Source: Asterias rubens
Lineage: Eukaryota
Length of the DNA stretch: 64,000 nucleotides
Reading direction: 5' to 3'
Assembly: GCF_902459465.1 (NCBI RefSeq)
Contig: NC_047068.1
Coordinates: 6,510,001-6,574,000 of the forward strand
In this document: positions 22,217 to 33,238 of the stretch, one piece after another
How positions within the stretch are numbered: the stretch's first letter is position 1
How the letters are laid out: the number at the start of each line of letters is the position of its first letter
The notes under the pieces: generated by a model
The model's database searches: none
Told to the model about the DNA's origin: nothing
The model's input: only the letters and a program-made list of their open reading frames with translations
Translations under genes and position numbers: made by a program

Positions 22217-24601
22217 CTAAGCTAACTCCAGATCCATTTTGGACTCTGATACGTTGTCTGTGTAAAGTGGCCTCTTACAACAGCGCCACATGCTAAGTCC
22301 GATCTTTAAAACAAACAACCCCGCTGCTAAGGAAATGAGCACGGCCGAGTAGATGGAATTACGCTTCTCTGGGTTCCAGTTCCTCTCAATGCTGCCGCTG
22401 AGGGCGAAGATGACGATCATCCAGACGGTATAGGTGTAGCGGAGGTACTTATCCCAGACGAAGTTCTCGAGGACCGAATAGATCAGAACCAATCCAAGGA
22501 CGATTGAGAGGCTGATTGTACACGATATGGACTGCTCCACGTCTCCCCAGTACGTCAACACGTTTGCGAGACTTAAAAGAGTTGCTATGGTGACCCATGT
22601 GGCATAAAGGGCGAGACCATTCTGGACGATGATCCGAACGAGGACTAGGTCACACCTGAGTAGATAACAAAGCAATAAACGTCAAGGGTGGAGATAACAA
22701 TGTGTACATGGGGTAATAAAGGCACTCAAAAGCTTGAACAGGTTGGCCAAGAAACTTCCAAAACATAAGGTTGGGTAACCAGTAGACTGGGTCCCAGCTG
22801 TCTTTACTGCTACTCAGATTCAGTGATTCCATTTGATACAATGATATCATTGGATAGACGTGCAGTGACATGAGCTTTCCACGTCCGCCATAGAATTTGA
22901 CTGCGTATCTCTACGGGGAATGATTGTACGTCAAAGGTGAATGTACACGCCAATCTGGAGGCCGGTCTCTGGCGTTAATCACGAGCATCGAAGTGTGCCG
23001 TCAGATGTTCAGGCTAGGTAATCAGTTGAAATAGCACAAGGTTGGAATGTGGAACTATGGGACGCTTTGTGGCAGCAGACTTACCAGATCAATGTTCTCG
23101 GCAATGTGCGCATGCTCAGAACTACGTAATTAATGAAACCTTACCTGGTAAGTCTGCTGCCACCTAGCGTTCTAAAGTCTCCCATTGCCACACAACGGGT
23201 GGTACTTACTTGTGATTCTGTTTCATGCTGAAGCCATTTTGGTCAACTTTACGATGATGCAGAAAGAGGAGTATGCACAGTGCGATCGGCATGAGAGCAT
23301 TGAGTCCACATGCAACTGGCACGTACTGTCGATCAAACACGAACACCCATGAAATGTTGAGAGCAACGACGAACCCGTACAATAACAACATGGCGGGTGT
23401 AATGAGCACCGGGTTTCGGTAGACTGGTCCCTGGACGTTCCTTCTAACCAGTGACGTCAGAACGTAAATATGGAACAGGCCTTCAAAGATGTGGATGACT
23501 TGCCATACGGTGAATGTCCAACCAGCAGGAGCTATCTCGATGGGGTAGAGCCTGGAGATTTCTCCGGTGCTGTTGAGGAACCAGCCTGGAATGGGAACCA
23601 GGGAGAAAGATGGCAACCACAAAATGTAGTAATAAATCTTAAATGGGATGCATTCTATTAAGGCAGAAACTACAAATTTATTTTAGGTTTCTATTCTCTG
23701 TTGATGTGATTACATCCTTTTAGGGACAGGGTTCCGAACATCACAAATACCCTTTCCAGTTTGGGTATTTAGCTTTCTATAAATCAAAATAAGCCGGACT
23801 CAAAGGCCATATTATTTCTAAGATACAATAATAAACTTTCTCGCATGGTGAAGCAATAATGAACATCGCAAAGCTACTTTTCCTTCATCAACACATTGGT
23901 CATTAGTATATTGTACTCATGGATGTGGATGTGGATGTGGATGTGGATGTGACTGTGTAATGGCTACCAAGGACAGTCGTGATCGAAAGCCACGACAAAG
24001 GCACGGGTCCATCCATAAGCATTGACCTCACTCATAGCCAAAGCCGATGATTGAGACACAGCCTTACGTCGTGGCTGAACATTGACTTGGGCATTTCACA
24101 GTGCCTGTTTAATGAATTGGGCTATCAGTAAGCAGGCATGTAGCAATTCCTATATAAAGCCATAGCCAGTGACGCACTATATACAATGTATCTAGTTTTG
24201 TTCATTGCAGTTTTTATTCTTCTCCTTTGTGCTTTGCAGTAGTTATTCTAGACTTGGTTCCAAGTCTTTGATCGTGTCTTGTAGTCGTCCTGATAGCCGC
24301 TTATTGGCTTAAACAACGCCCACTTGCAATAACCCTTCGTCATTGCGAGTTTAATAGGGCGCTCGGTAGGTAATAATGTGGGGGAGTTTTTCGTGGCTGA
24401 TGCAAGGGATCAACCGCAATCTCAGACTTGAAACCAAGTCTATTTTTCTTCTTTGATTTAAAGCGATTCAGTGAATTACCGTATCATACCTAGTGAGTTG
24501 TTACCACTATTCGACTTGCTGATTAACAAGCTGGATATGAACTCAAGCAGAACGAACACGGCAAGAAAGATGAACAGGATATCATGCTTCTTGGTTCCCA
24601 T
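22217..24601 (-). CDS. Uncharacterised ~8-TM membrane protein, paralogue C, 308 aa
   Basis: Coding exons 24601-24490, 23585-23210 and 22655-22217 (927 nt), GT-AG, open frame. Much closer to B than to A. Confidence 0.88.
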
Positions 24602-25003
24602 GATGATAACTCGAGTCTGAATCAACACACCTGAAGAAACGAAGTTTTGTAAAAAAGAAAATGACATCAGCATCTACCAATCTATCTCTTGATTTACCAG
24701 AGTCAAGACCGATCTTAAAAGCGAAGATGGCGGCTGCAACATGATCAAGATGTATGGTCTACTTCCGTTTTTGCCTTGTGCTGCAGGAGATGTTGTACCC
24801 AGTCATACCCCCCCCCCCCCATTGCGTACTTCCAGCTTCTTCTGATGGAGCCCTCTTTTGAATCATCTTGCTAAGTTCTTCCAAAGGGTGACATAATCTC
24901 AGAGGGACGGATTTCCGGCAAAGTTTTCTTCAACAAAATAATATGTTCTAAGGTTTTGTTCTTCTGCTGCACGTTGCGACAGACGTTATAACTTGTCATG
25001 TAA

Positions 25004-25194
25004 AGCCCGGTTCATACTTCCTGCGAATGCGAATGCGATACGAATGTTGACGTCACAAATTCGCAACGAAATTTGCACTGAGTTGCCCTCGTGGTAAACT
25101 CACTTGCGAATTTCGCTTCGAAAGGAGAGTTGTGACGTCAAATTCACGTCAAATTCGCTTCACATTCGCATTCGCAGGAAGTATGAACCGGGCT
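25004..25194. mobile_element. 191-bp TIR MITE (Harbinger-like)
   Basis: AGCCCGGTTCATACTTCCTGCGAATGCGAAT...ATTCGCATTCGCAGGAAGTATGAACCGGGCT. Flanks are TAA and TAT (one mismatch). Confidence 0.8.
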
Positions 25195-26909
25195 TATAGC
25201 CGCTATTCGTCCCTCCTGTGCCTCGCAGTATATCCTCCCTATTCTTTCTCCAGCCCCGCCTCTCCCCTCAGGTTTCATGCCACATTCCTTCATTGCTTTT
25301 TCTTTATCATGCCGCTGAAGCAATTTCGTCAAAAATATGATATCAGCAAAAATAACGAAGCACATTTTCTGTAAAGCTTTGTCAGTTTCTAGATCCTTTA
25401 CTGCTGGCAATATTCTCTCCCCCCTTATGTCTGCCAAAAAAATAATCAAAATTCCAAGGAATTCTCTCCTTTTGCAATCTACATCGAGAATCCCTTATCC
25501 CCGTGAGGGATGGAAAATATTTCCTATTTAAAGATATAAGTACTGCCTCGGTTTGCTCGGCAGTCAAAGTCAAGTCTGTGGCTGTTTGACTTCCTGGCAG
25601 ATAGATGCATTATGACCGTCATTCAAAGGGGGGGGGGGGGGGGTCGAAATAATCTAACAACCTTTTATCCTTGATCTATCAATAGGTCAAAGACATTCTA
25701 AACACCCCGGATATGAGTTGGCCCGAATCCCGATGGGCCCCGTGGATTGGGGACTGACCCTTTTCTGGGTCGGTATGACTTGAAGTCTGAGTGAATAATG
25801 ATACAAAAATTCAATTCAATTCTTTATAACTCACATTTACGTCCATACTTCAAGTACAAAGCCATACATATTAACGGGTCAAACAGACGCACAATCTTAG
25901 AAATAGCATTTAAATAAAAAAAACATTTTCGGTTCAGCCTGACCCCGAGTTGATTAATGCCCCTGTTACCCAAAATCCAGGTCAGTTCTAAACTTTGCGA
26001 GAGGGGTCAGAAAGAACTCTGCCACCAATGTTATACATACATAATGAACGAATGCTGAAGTTGCATCTCGTTGCTTCAAAAACTGGGTCAATTTTAACTA
26101 CGGATGCACTCATAATTATCCCGGGGATCTTGTCGCGGTAAATAGTATGACATGTACCGTATGCGCAGAGTTTCACAAACAGGGCCATTAATTGGGTCCT
26201 GATTCAATAATATACAACCAGAAAAAATGTTGTCACTAGTTTCTTAAGAAACTAGAATGAGCTGTTGCAAACTGCTCACCAACCAAAACGACGGTAAATG
26301 CAAACACTATTTCATTTTTAACAACACTGTTTGAAGGTCACGAGCTCTTGGGGAAGTTGCACTTCTTGAACCAAAACAAGTCAACTCCATTATTAAATCT
26401 CTTCGATTGATGTAGGACTTTCTGATATTGATTCAGAGTGAGTACACTGGCCAACGGCAACAATGTTTTCCCCCAATCTAAACTTCAAAAACCTGTACCC
26501 TTTAAAAGCCTACAATCCAGCCTTATTCTCATTCGAAATTCGAACAGGGACTTGTTTGAACACGCAAGCTGGCCTGGACGGATCTCCGTCCCCGGCTAGC
26601 CAGCGTGAAAAAGTGTAGCTAAAAAAGAACTGAAAGTTAGGGAGAAAGACTTACCCACAAGAAATTGATTAAAAACCTGCTTTATAGCCTGGAGGCTGGA
26701 AACGTCTGCTTGCAAATCACAGATTACTAAAGCTTTGGTAAAGAGCAGTGAGCTAAAGACTGCCCTGTTTACACTGGGGTTTACCTTGATTGATGCTTAC
26801 GACCCTGGGTTTGGTGTGACTTATGAAAGAATTCCATATCACTTTTCTTGCATATCTATCCTCAGATACGGAGTGAAGCCTCAAAAATATATTGCGGCTC
26901 ATAGATCAA

Positions 26910-27089
26910 CCAGGGCCCAATAGAGCTGCTTAAAATATCTCTGCTTAGCGATAATGAGCAGGATATCAGTCGTAAATATTGTACATTGTGACATGGTATT
27001 TTGGCTGGTAAACTCAGTCTGGTTTAGCATAATTTTTTTTTGCTTACAGATTTTGTTGTGCATAAGCAGTTCTATGAAGTTTGGCCCAG
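26910..27089. mobile_element. Family D MITE (CAGGGCCCAATTTCATAGAGCTGCT-type TIR), diverged
   Basis: Ends CAGGGCCCAATAGAGCTGCTT / AAGCAGTTCTATGAAGTTTGGCCCAG; related to 32991-33238 and 63114-63394. Confidence 0.65.
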
Positions 27090-27990
27090 CTTATCGACGT
27101 TGATAAGCCCACACGTGAAATCTGCACGTGTGCAAGGGATAAGCCGATTTGACGACAACAGTTAACCAATGAAGCAAAGTCCGGATTTAACCATGAAGTG
27201 GGCGTGGTTTACCAAAAAAAATGGAGGGTGCACCACATTCAATATCTCCCATAGCAAAGAATGCTAACCAATGCTAAATGTTAAAGGAAGTGGACACTAT
27301 TGGTAAACACTCAAAATATTTACTAGCATAAAAACCTTTTTTGGTGACGAGTAATGGGTTGAGGTTGATGGTAGAAAACATTGTGGAAAACGGCTCCCTC
27401 TAAAGCAATGTAGTTTTCGAGAAAGAAGTAATTTTCCACGAATTTGATTTCAAGACCTCAGGTTTAGAACTTAAGGTATCGAAATCAACCATCTAAACGC
27501 ACACAACTTCGTGTGACAAGGGTGTTTTTTCTTTCATTATTATCTCGCAAGTTCGATGGCCGATTGAGCTCAAATGTTCACAGGTTTGTTATTTTATGCA
27601 TATGTTGAGATACACCAACTGTGAAGGCTAGTTTTTGACAATTACCAATAGTGTCCACTGCCTTTAAGTATACAAAATTACTCAAAAATTTAGTAATAAT
27701 TTTTAATTCATAATTTTTGTTTGCTTCAAGCTTTTTTGTGCTTAAGCAGTTCTATGAAATTTGGCCCAGCTTATCGACGTTGATAAGCCCACACGTGAAA
27801 TCTGCACGTGTGCAAGGGATAAGCCGATTTGACGACAACAGTTAAGCAATGAAGCAAAGTCCGGATTTAACCATTAAGTGGGCGTGGTCTATCAAAAAAC
27901 ATGGAGGGTGCACCACATTCAATAATCTCCCATAGCAAACAATGCTAACCAATGCTAAAATGTTAAGTATACAAAATTACTCACAAATTG
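27051..27990. repeat. Local direct duplication of ~260 bp, first copy carrying a MITE
   Basis: 27051-27284 plus 27668-27690 match 27731-27990 (GGCCCAGCTTATCGACGTTGATAAGCCC...AATGTTAA GTATACAAAATTACTC). Confidence 0.9.
27281..27667. mobile_element. Family A TTAA MITE, full length
   Basis: TTAAAGGAAGTGGACACTATTGGTAA...TTACCAATAGTGTCCACTGCCTTTAA. The empty site with a single TTAA is at 27963-27966. Confidence 0.92.
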
Positions 27991-29304
27991 ATCAAAGTCT
28001 CTCAGTGGCCTCTTGAAACTCACCCGAATATAATTTCGGGATATCTGAACCTAAAAGATTTATTTTCACTTTTGACAGGTCAGCCGTTTGGAATTGTCGC
28101 TAATTGCCCCAGAAAAAAACATAGAAAACAGTTTTTTCAAAAACGACTTATGGCCATTTTTTTTTTTTTTTAACACGTCGCCACTTCCCGAGTTAATAAT
28201 ATTAGAACCAGCTTTAGAGCATAGAATAAAGTCTCCTGAAGTCGAAGCACAGAGTTTGTGGTTATCTTGTCACAATGTCAGGGGCTCTTTTCTCACTCGA
28301 GCAACCTGAAAACTTTAATAAGGCTTCTAAAAGCAAACACAAAGCTGAACATCATCGCTGTTAATTCTTTCACTATTTTCCTGCAACTTCGATGACCAAT
28401 ATTGAGCCAAAATTTTCACAGATTTGTAATACAAAAAAATGCACATTGGGATACACCATCAAGTGAGAATACTGCACTTTGACAACTACCAAAAGTAACC
28501 GGTACCAAAGGTGTCCAGTGCCTTTAACTCACTGCGAGAGGATCAAAGTAACGGCAAACAAGAGAAGAAGGGGGCTCTAGAATGATGAGGATCGAGTGGA
28601 ATCTGGTTCAATATTGACCCTGCTCTCAGTCACGTAATACCAGGTAAAGACGTACGTCTTCCAGATTGCGTGACCGGAAAGCAAGTCAAGTCAAACTGAC
28701 ACAAGACGCAAATTGGGGTAAACATATTTTGGTCCTCTAATAAGATTTTAAAAAGTAGACTTGAATTGGATCCAAATCAGTAATGTTTTCTTCTGCCCGA
28801 TAGAACAAAAAAAATGTTTATTCTTTAACGAGCATTGTGGATTAGACTTGCGAGATGGACGCAAACATGGCGTGTTTATTATTGTTTAGATGATCATCAC
28901 GTCAAGGGACCTCAATAAACTCTCACAGGGGGAATATAAACGCCAAGCTGGCAACAGCCAATCTCTCCCATTCAAACATTGGTTTAAAGTGTATTAATAT
29001 GAATTGCAGAATCAAGAAATTTGAAAGCTACACGACAGTGCCGTAGTCATTGTGGTATCGGTGGTTAGCTTGGTAGGATAAGAACCCAAAGTCCTGCGAT
29101 GCTGACGCAGGTGAAAAATAACAACTGTACAATATCAGACTTGAGGTCGAGTCTAAGTTGAAAGGTAATTAGAAGGTTTTCCTTCAACAAAATGTCAAGC
29201 CGTCGATGCGGATGTAGACCATCGCCATCACAATACACCGAAGACCATGACCATCATACACCGATCGAAACGTCAAGCTTTCACATCATGGTGCACCAGT
29301 CTAT

Positions 29305-29540
29305 GGGGACTATGCAGTTCACGCGAGCAGGCACGTGAACGTAGACCGTCACAAAATGGTGTTGTTTCTAGTAACGTCACCACTTTGGGCTTATTGCATG
29401 CTCCCATTATGACTTCAGCACGCACGTTCCTGACGTGAAAAATGGTAACTTCGCGTAAGCTGAAAACGTGAGATTTTAGCGACACAATTTTCTGACGTTT
29501 AGTTCACGTATTTTCTTGGGTAACGTGCAGCTAAACCTAT
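29305..29540. mobile_element. Family C MITE, diverged, reverse orientation
   Basis: Contains GTCACCACTTTGGGCTTATTGCATGCTC and ends GTAACGTGCAGCTAAACC. Confidence 0.65.
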
Positions 29541-30650
29541 TATTTCGCGAGCGTGTGAGTTCAGAAAGACCTACGTGCGGTTTGTGACACACGCTGCTCT
29601 CCTTCTCGTATTTGCTCCATGTTAATCACCATCGAACAACCTCGGGGTTTCAGCAATCGATGTTCGCCCTCTTCCAAGAAACCAAGGACCCAAACAAAAA
29701 TCTTCAATTTTGATGGTTGGCTGATGGGTTTTTCTCCCATTTTGATTTGGACTTCATTTAAGCAGGGACACATACCCCGAAGCATCAGGTGTCAGCAAGA
29801 TTATAGTAAAAAGAAAAAACCTCTGCCCGAATAATCTAGGGAATGTCAATATCGGTTAAGGCTTTGGTTGTCATTCATAACACGCGGAAAGGGTCTGATT
29901 TTGTCTTGATTTGGACACCCGATATCCGGAAGGGTCTGAGGGTGAGCTTGTAATATCCATAAACGCGGGAATTATTATCAAGACTGTGTTTCCCGCTTTG
30001 ACACTGTCTTATTGGTAGAATGCAATCAGGGAGGTTTGCATATCAAGCTAGGCTGAACTTATCGATAGTACGCTTATAGGTATAGGTGATGAAATTGCAG
30101 CCGTTGGTGGTGCACAGAATTTGGCTGAAGTCAGAGTGTGGCAGATTTGAACTAAAATAATTCTTGCAAATGCTTGTTATTTTGTGTATAAAATATAGTT
30201 ACTTTGTGTATAAAATATAATTTCAAAGGGTTGTACTGCGATAGCCACGCGGTTGAATAGCTCTCGTATGGCATATTCTGACTGTTTTAAAGTGCCATAA
30301 TTATGTTTGTATCACCCGCCCCCCCCCCCCCCCCCATACATATTTCCCGAACTCAGCCGCTAAATAGCGCTGGTGGGATTGATCACATTGAGTGTCATCG
30401 GTTCCGTTGTCACATGTCGTTTGTCCCCAATCATATCAACCACGACACTGCAGAAATTCATGGCGCAAAAAGGGGACCTGACTATTTTTCATAATGCAAC
30501 TGTTACATAAACTATATTCCACCTGTGGTCATTCATGTTCATAATTATTAATGTGTAGGGTTCAACCGCGGGCGTACCGTCTATGAAATCATTGGGTTGG
30601 ACGTCCACAGTGGTTTATTGCAACGATGTTTGTGTAAAAAAAGGGATCAT

Positions 30651-30993
30651 TTAAAGATATTGGACACCTTTGGCAATTATCAAAGACCAGTCTTCTCACT
30701 TGGTATCTCAACATATGCACAAAATAACAAACCTGTGAACATTTTAACTCAATTGGTCGTCGAAGTTGCTTGATAATAATGAAAGAAAAACACCCTTGTC
30801 ACCATGAAGTTGTGTGCTTTCAAATGCTTTAGAGGTATCGAAATCAAATTCGTGGGAAATGTCGAAAACTAGGTTTTTGCAGTGGGAGCCGTTTCTCACA
30901 ATGTTTTATACTATCAACAGCTCTCCAATGCTTGTTTATACCACGTAAGGTTTTATGCTAACAATTATATTGAGTAATTACCACTGCCTGTAA
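30651..30993. mobile_element. Family A TTAA MITE, diverged
   Basis: TTAAAGATATTGGACACCTTTGGCAATT... with the standard internal body; right TIR partly deleted. Confidence 0.75.
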
Positions 30994-32990
30994 TTGGGAC
31001 TTAAAAATTAACATTTTTTTTAAGACTGAAATTGGTGATGAGGGGATTATTAAACAATTTGTGCAAGTTTGAAGCCGGTGTAATTTCGAGTGCCAGCCCC
31101 CTCCCCCCCCCCCCCCCCCGAATGGCCACTAAACATGGGCAGAAGGAGGTTTATTCAAAAGAGGGCGCTATAGCAATGTTCACACAGTTCGTTCAACGTA
31201 CGAATGGAGAGAATCTCCGAGGACAGAAACAAAATAATAAAATGAAATAAGTGAAAAATTACGCTCAAACAACTTACTTACAACGTTTTCAAACATTGAA
31301 TTTCGAACTCGCCAAAAAAAACCTTATTGCTTTACTAATTTCTCAAAGGCTTTCCGCTATGACCATCTTTATATCATGTCAGAGGCTATGTATAAATTTG
31401 TTTACATTTAATCTTTTACCAAATTAAATGGAAACACAGTCGATGTATAGAGTTGTTGTTACCCACGAATTGGGTCAATTCGTGCCCGATCTATCAATTT
31501 GCATTAATTTACAAATCAATTTGATCTGAGATGTAAATAAATTATTCACATCCGCACTCCACAATAAATCGAGTTATTTGTCTTATTAGCCCACTTCTAC
31601 CGTCAATTGAACTCGTAATTATGTTATTATCTATATTTGACTATACAAGTTGATAATGCTTTTATTTCCCAATGCAAAAACAGAGATTTAAAAATTGGCA
31701 GCATGGGTGTTGTCACGTGTACCGAACAGGGAATCATCATCAACACTTTAACAACGTAGTGTGAAATTGTATTATTATTGATGTGAACATAGTTAACCCA
31801 GATTTTGAAGTGCAATGCACGAAATCACACAACTAAAGATACCATTTTTTTATACAAAACGTTACGCGCGAATGTCCACGGAGATTTCATCCACAAACCT
31901 TTTGATTTGCAGTTATAACGTCTTGCAACAAGACCAGTTTAAGTTTTGGTCATGTTTGCACTGCAGAAGTTTGTAGTTTGATAACAGGTTGTTGGTTTTT
32001 TTGCAAAAACAACATACTTTCTTAGTGTTGAAGCAAGTTTTGCCTCATTTCAGTTGCAACCATCAACATCACTCCGACGAATATGAATTCATATCATTAA
32101 ATTCAATTTAAAAATGTTTTCTTTTGACGAGTCATGAGGAATCGTCATCCAGGTTAGCACAGTACTAACCCGAGACTTTATTTACCTACCAAACTACTCA
32201 AATTTCACCTTTGAATGTTCCTTGCAATACCAACATTGCTGATACATCAAATGTCTTGAGTTTTCAGTTCAACGATAAACAGAAACCAGGAAAATTACTA
32301 CAATTATTTGTTTAATATGTTTCAAGTCGGAGTAACCAAACCAAGGGTACCGCAGAAAACTAGTCTGGCCCCTGTTGCAAAGGGGCAAGGATATCCCCTC
32401 TTACAAAAACACACACGGCCCTCGACCAAAGCGAACAATTTTATTTCAACAAAATTTTCATTTTTATTGCCAAGAAAAATTCAACCTCTCTCAATATCTG
32501 TTTTCCATTTTTTTTTATGAGGATAGGCTACAAAGGGTTAAAACAATTGTTAAACCACTCAATTGAGAATTTATATTTATGAAATTCATCCTTCATTAGC
32601 TAATTACACTCCTTAATTAATTAAACATTGACAAAATTGATCAAGTCAACCATGTGTTGTTTTTGTACAAATCTTTTGGGGTTTTTTCTCCTACAAAAGT
32701 TGAGGTGAATTCTTGTGAAATATTTCACAAAATATTTGAAAGCAAATAATTAAGAGTCAAACTTTGTAGTAACAGCGTATTACTTATCTAATGGGGGTCA
32801 ATGTACCGATCTATTAAACTCCGCCCATACGTGCACACTGACCAATCACAATGGCGATGGCCCGGCCAAAAGCCCGATACGGCACAACACAAGAAAATCC
32901 CATTACAATGTAAACGAGTTTACGTGTGTGGCGTGGCCGGGAAGGGCAAGACGCGCGCGTGCGGACGGTGCGTTGTGAGCGTTTACACCA

Positions 32991-33238
32991 CCTGGGCCCA
33001 ATTTCATAGAGCTGCTTAGCAAAAAAATGTGCTTAGCATGAAATTTCTTCCTTGATAAAAACAGGATTACCAACCAAATTTCCACGTGATTTTCAGGATA
33101 AGCAAACAACAGCTGTATACCAGTAACGGGCAATATGCATCAAATGGAAATTTTGTTGGTAATCATGTTTTTATCAAGGAAGAAATTTCATGCTAAGCAC
33201 ATTTGTGTGCTTAGCAGCTCTATGAAATTGGGCCCTGG
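32991..33238. mobile_element. Family D palindromic MITE
   Basis: CCTGGGCCCAATTTCATAGAGCTGCT...AGCAGCTCTATGAAATTGGGCCCTGG, with internal inverted arms (GCATGAAATTTCTTCCTTGATAAAAAC). No clear TSD. Confidence 0.85.

Noticed and set aside
24780-25500. Possible decayed LINE/RTE fragments (AVKDLETDKA..., AEEQ...)
   Set aside because: Only a few residues resemble RT-flanking motifs and the frames are broken; not supportable without a profile search.
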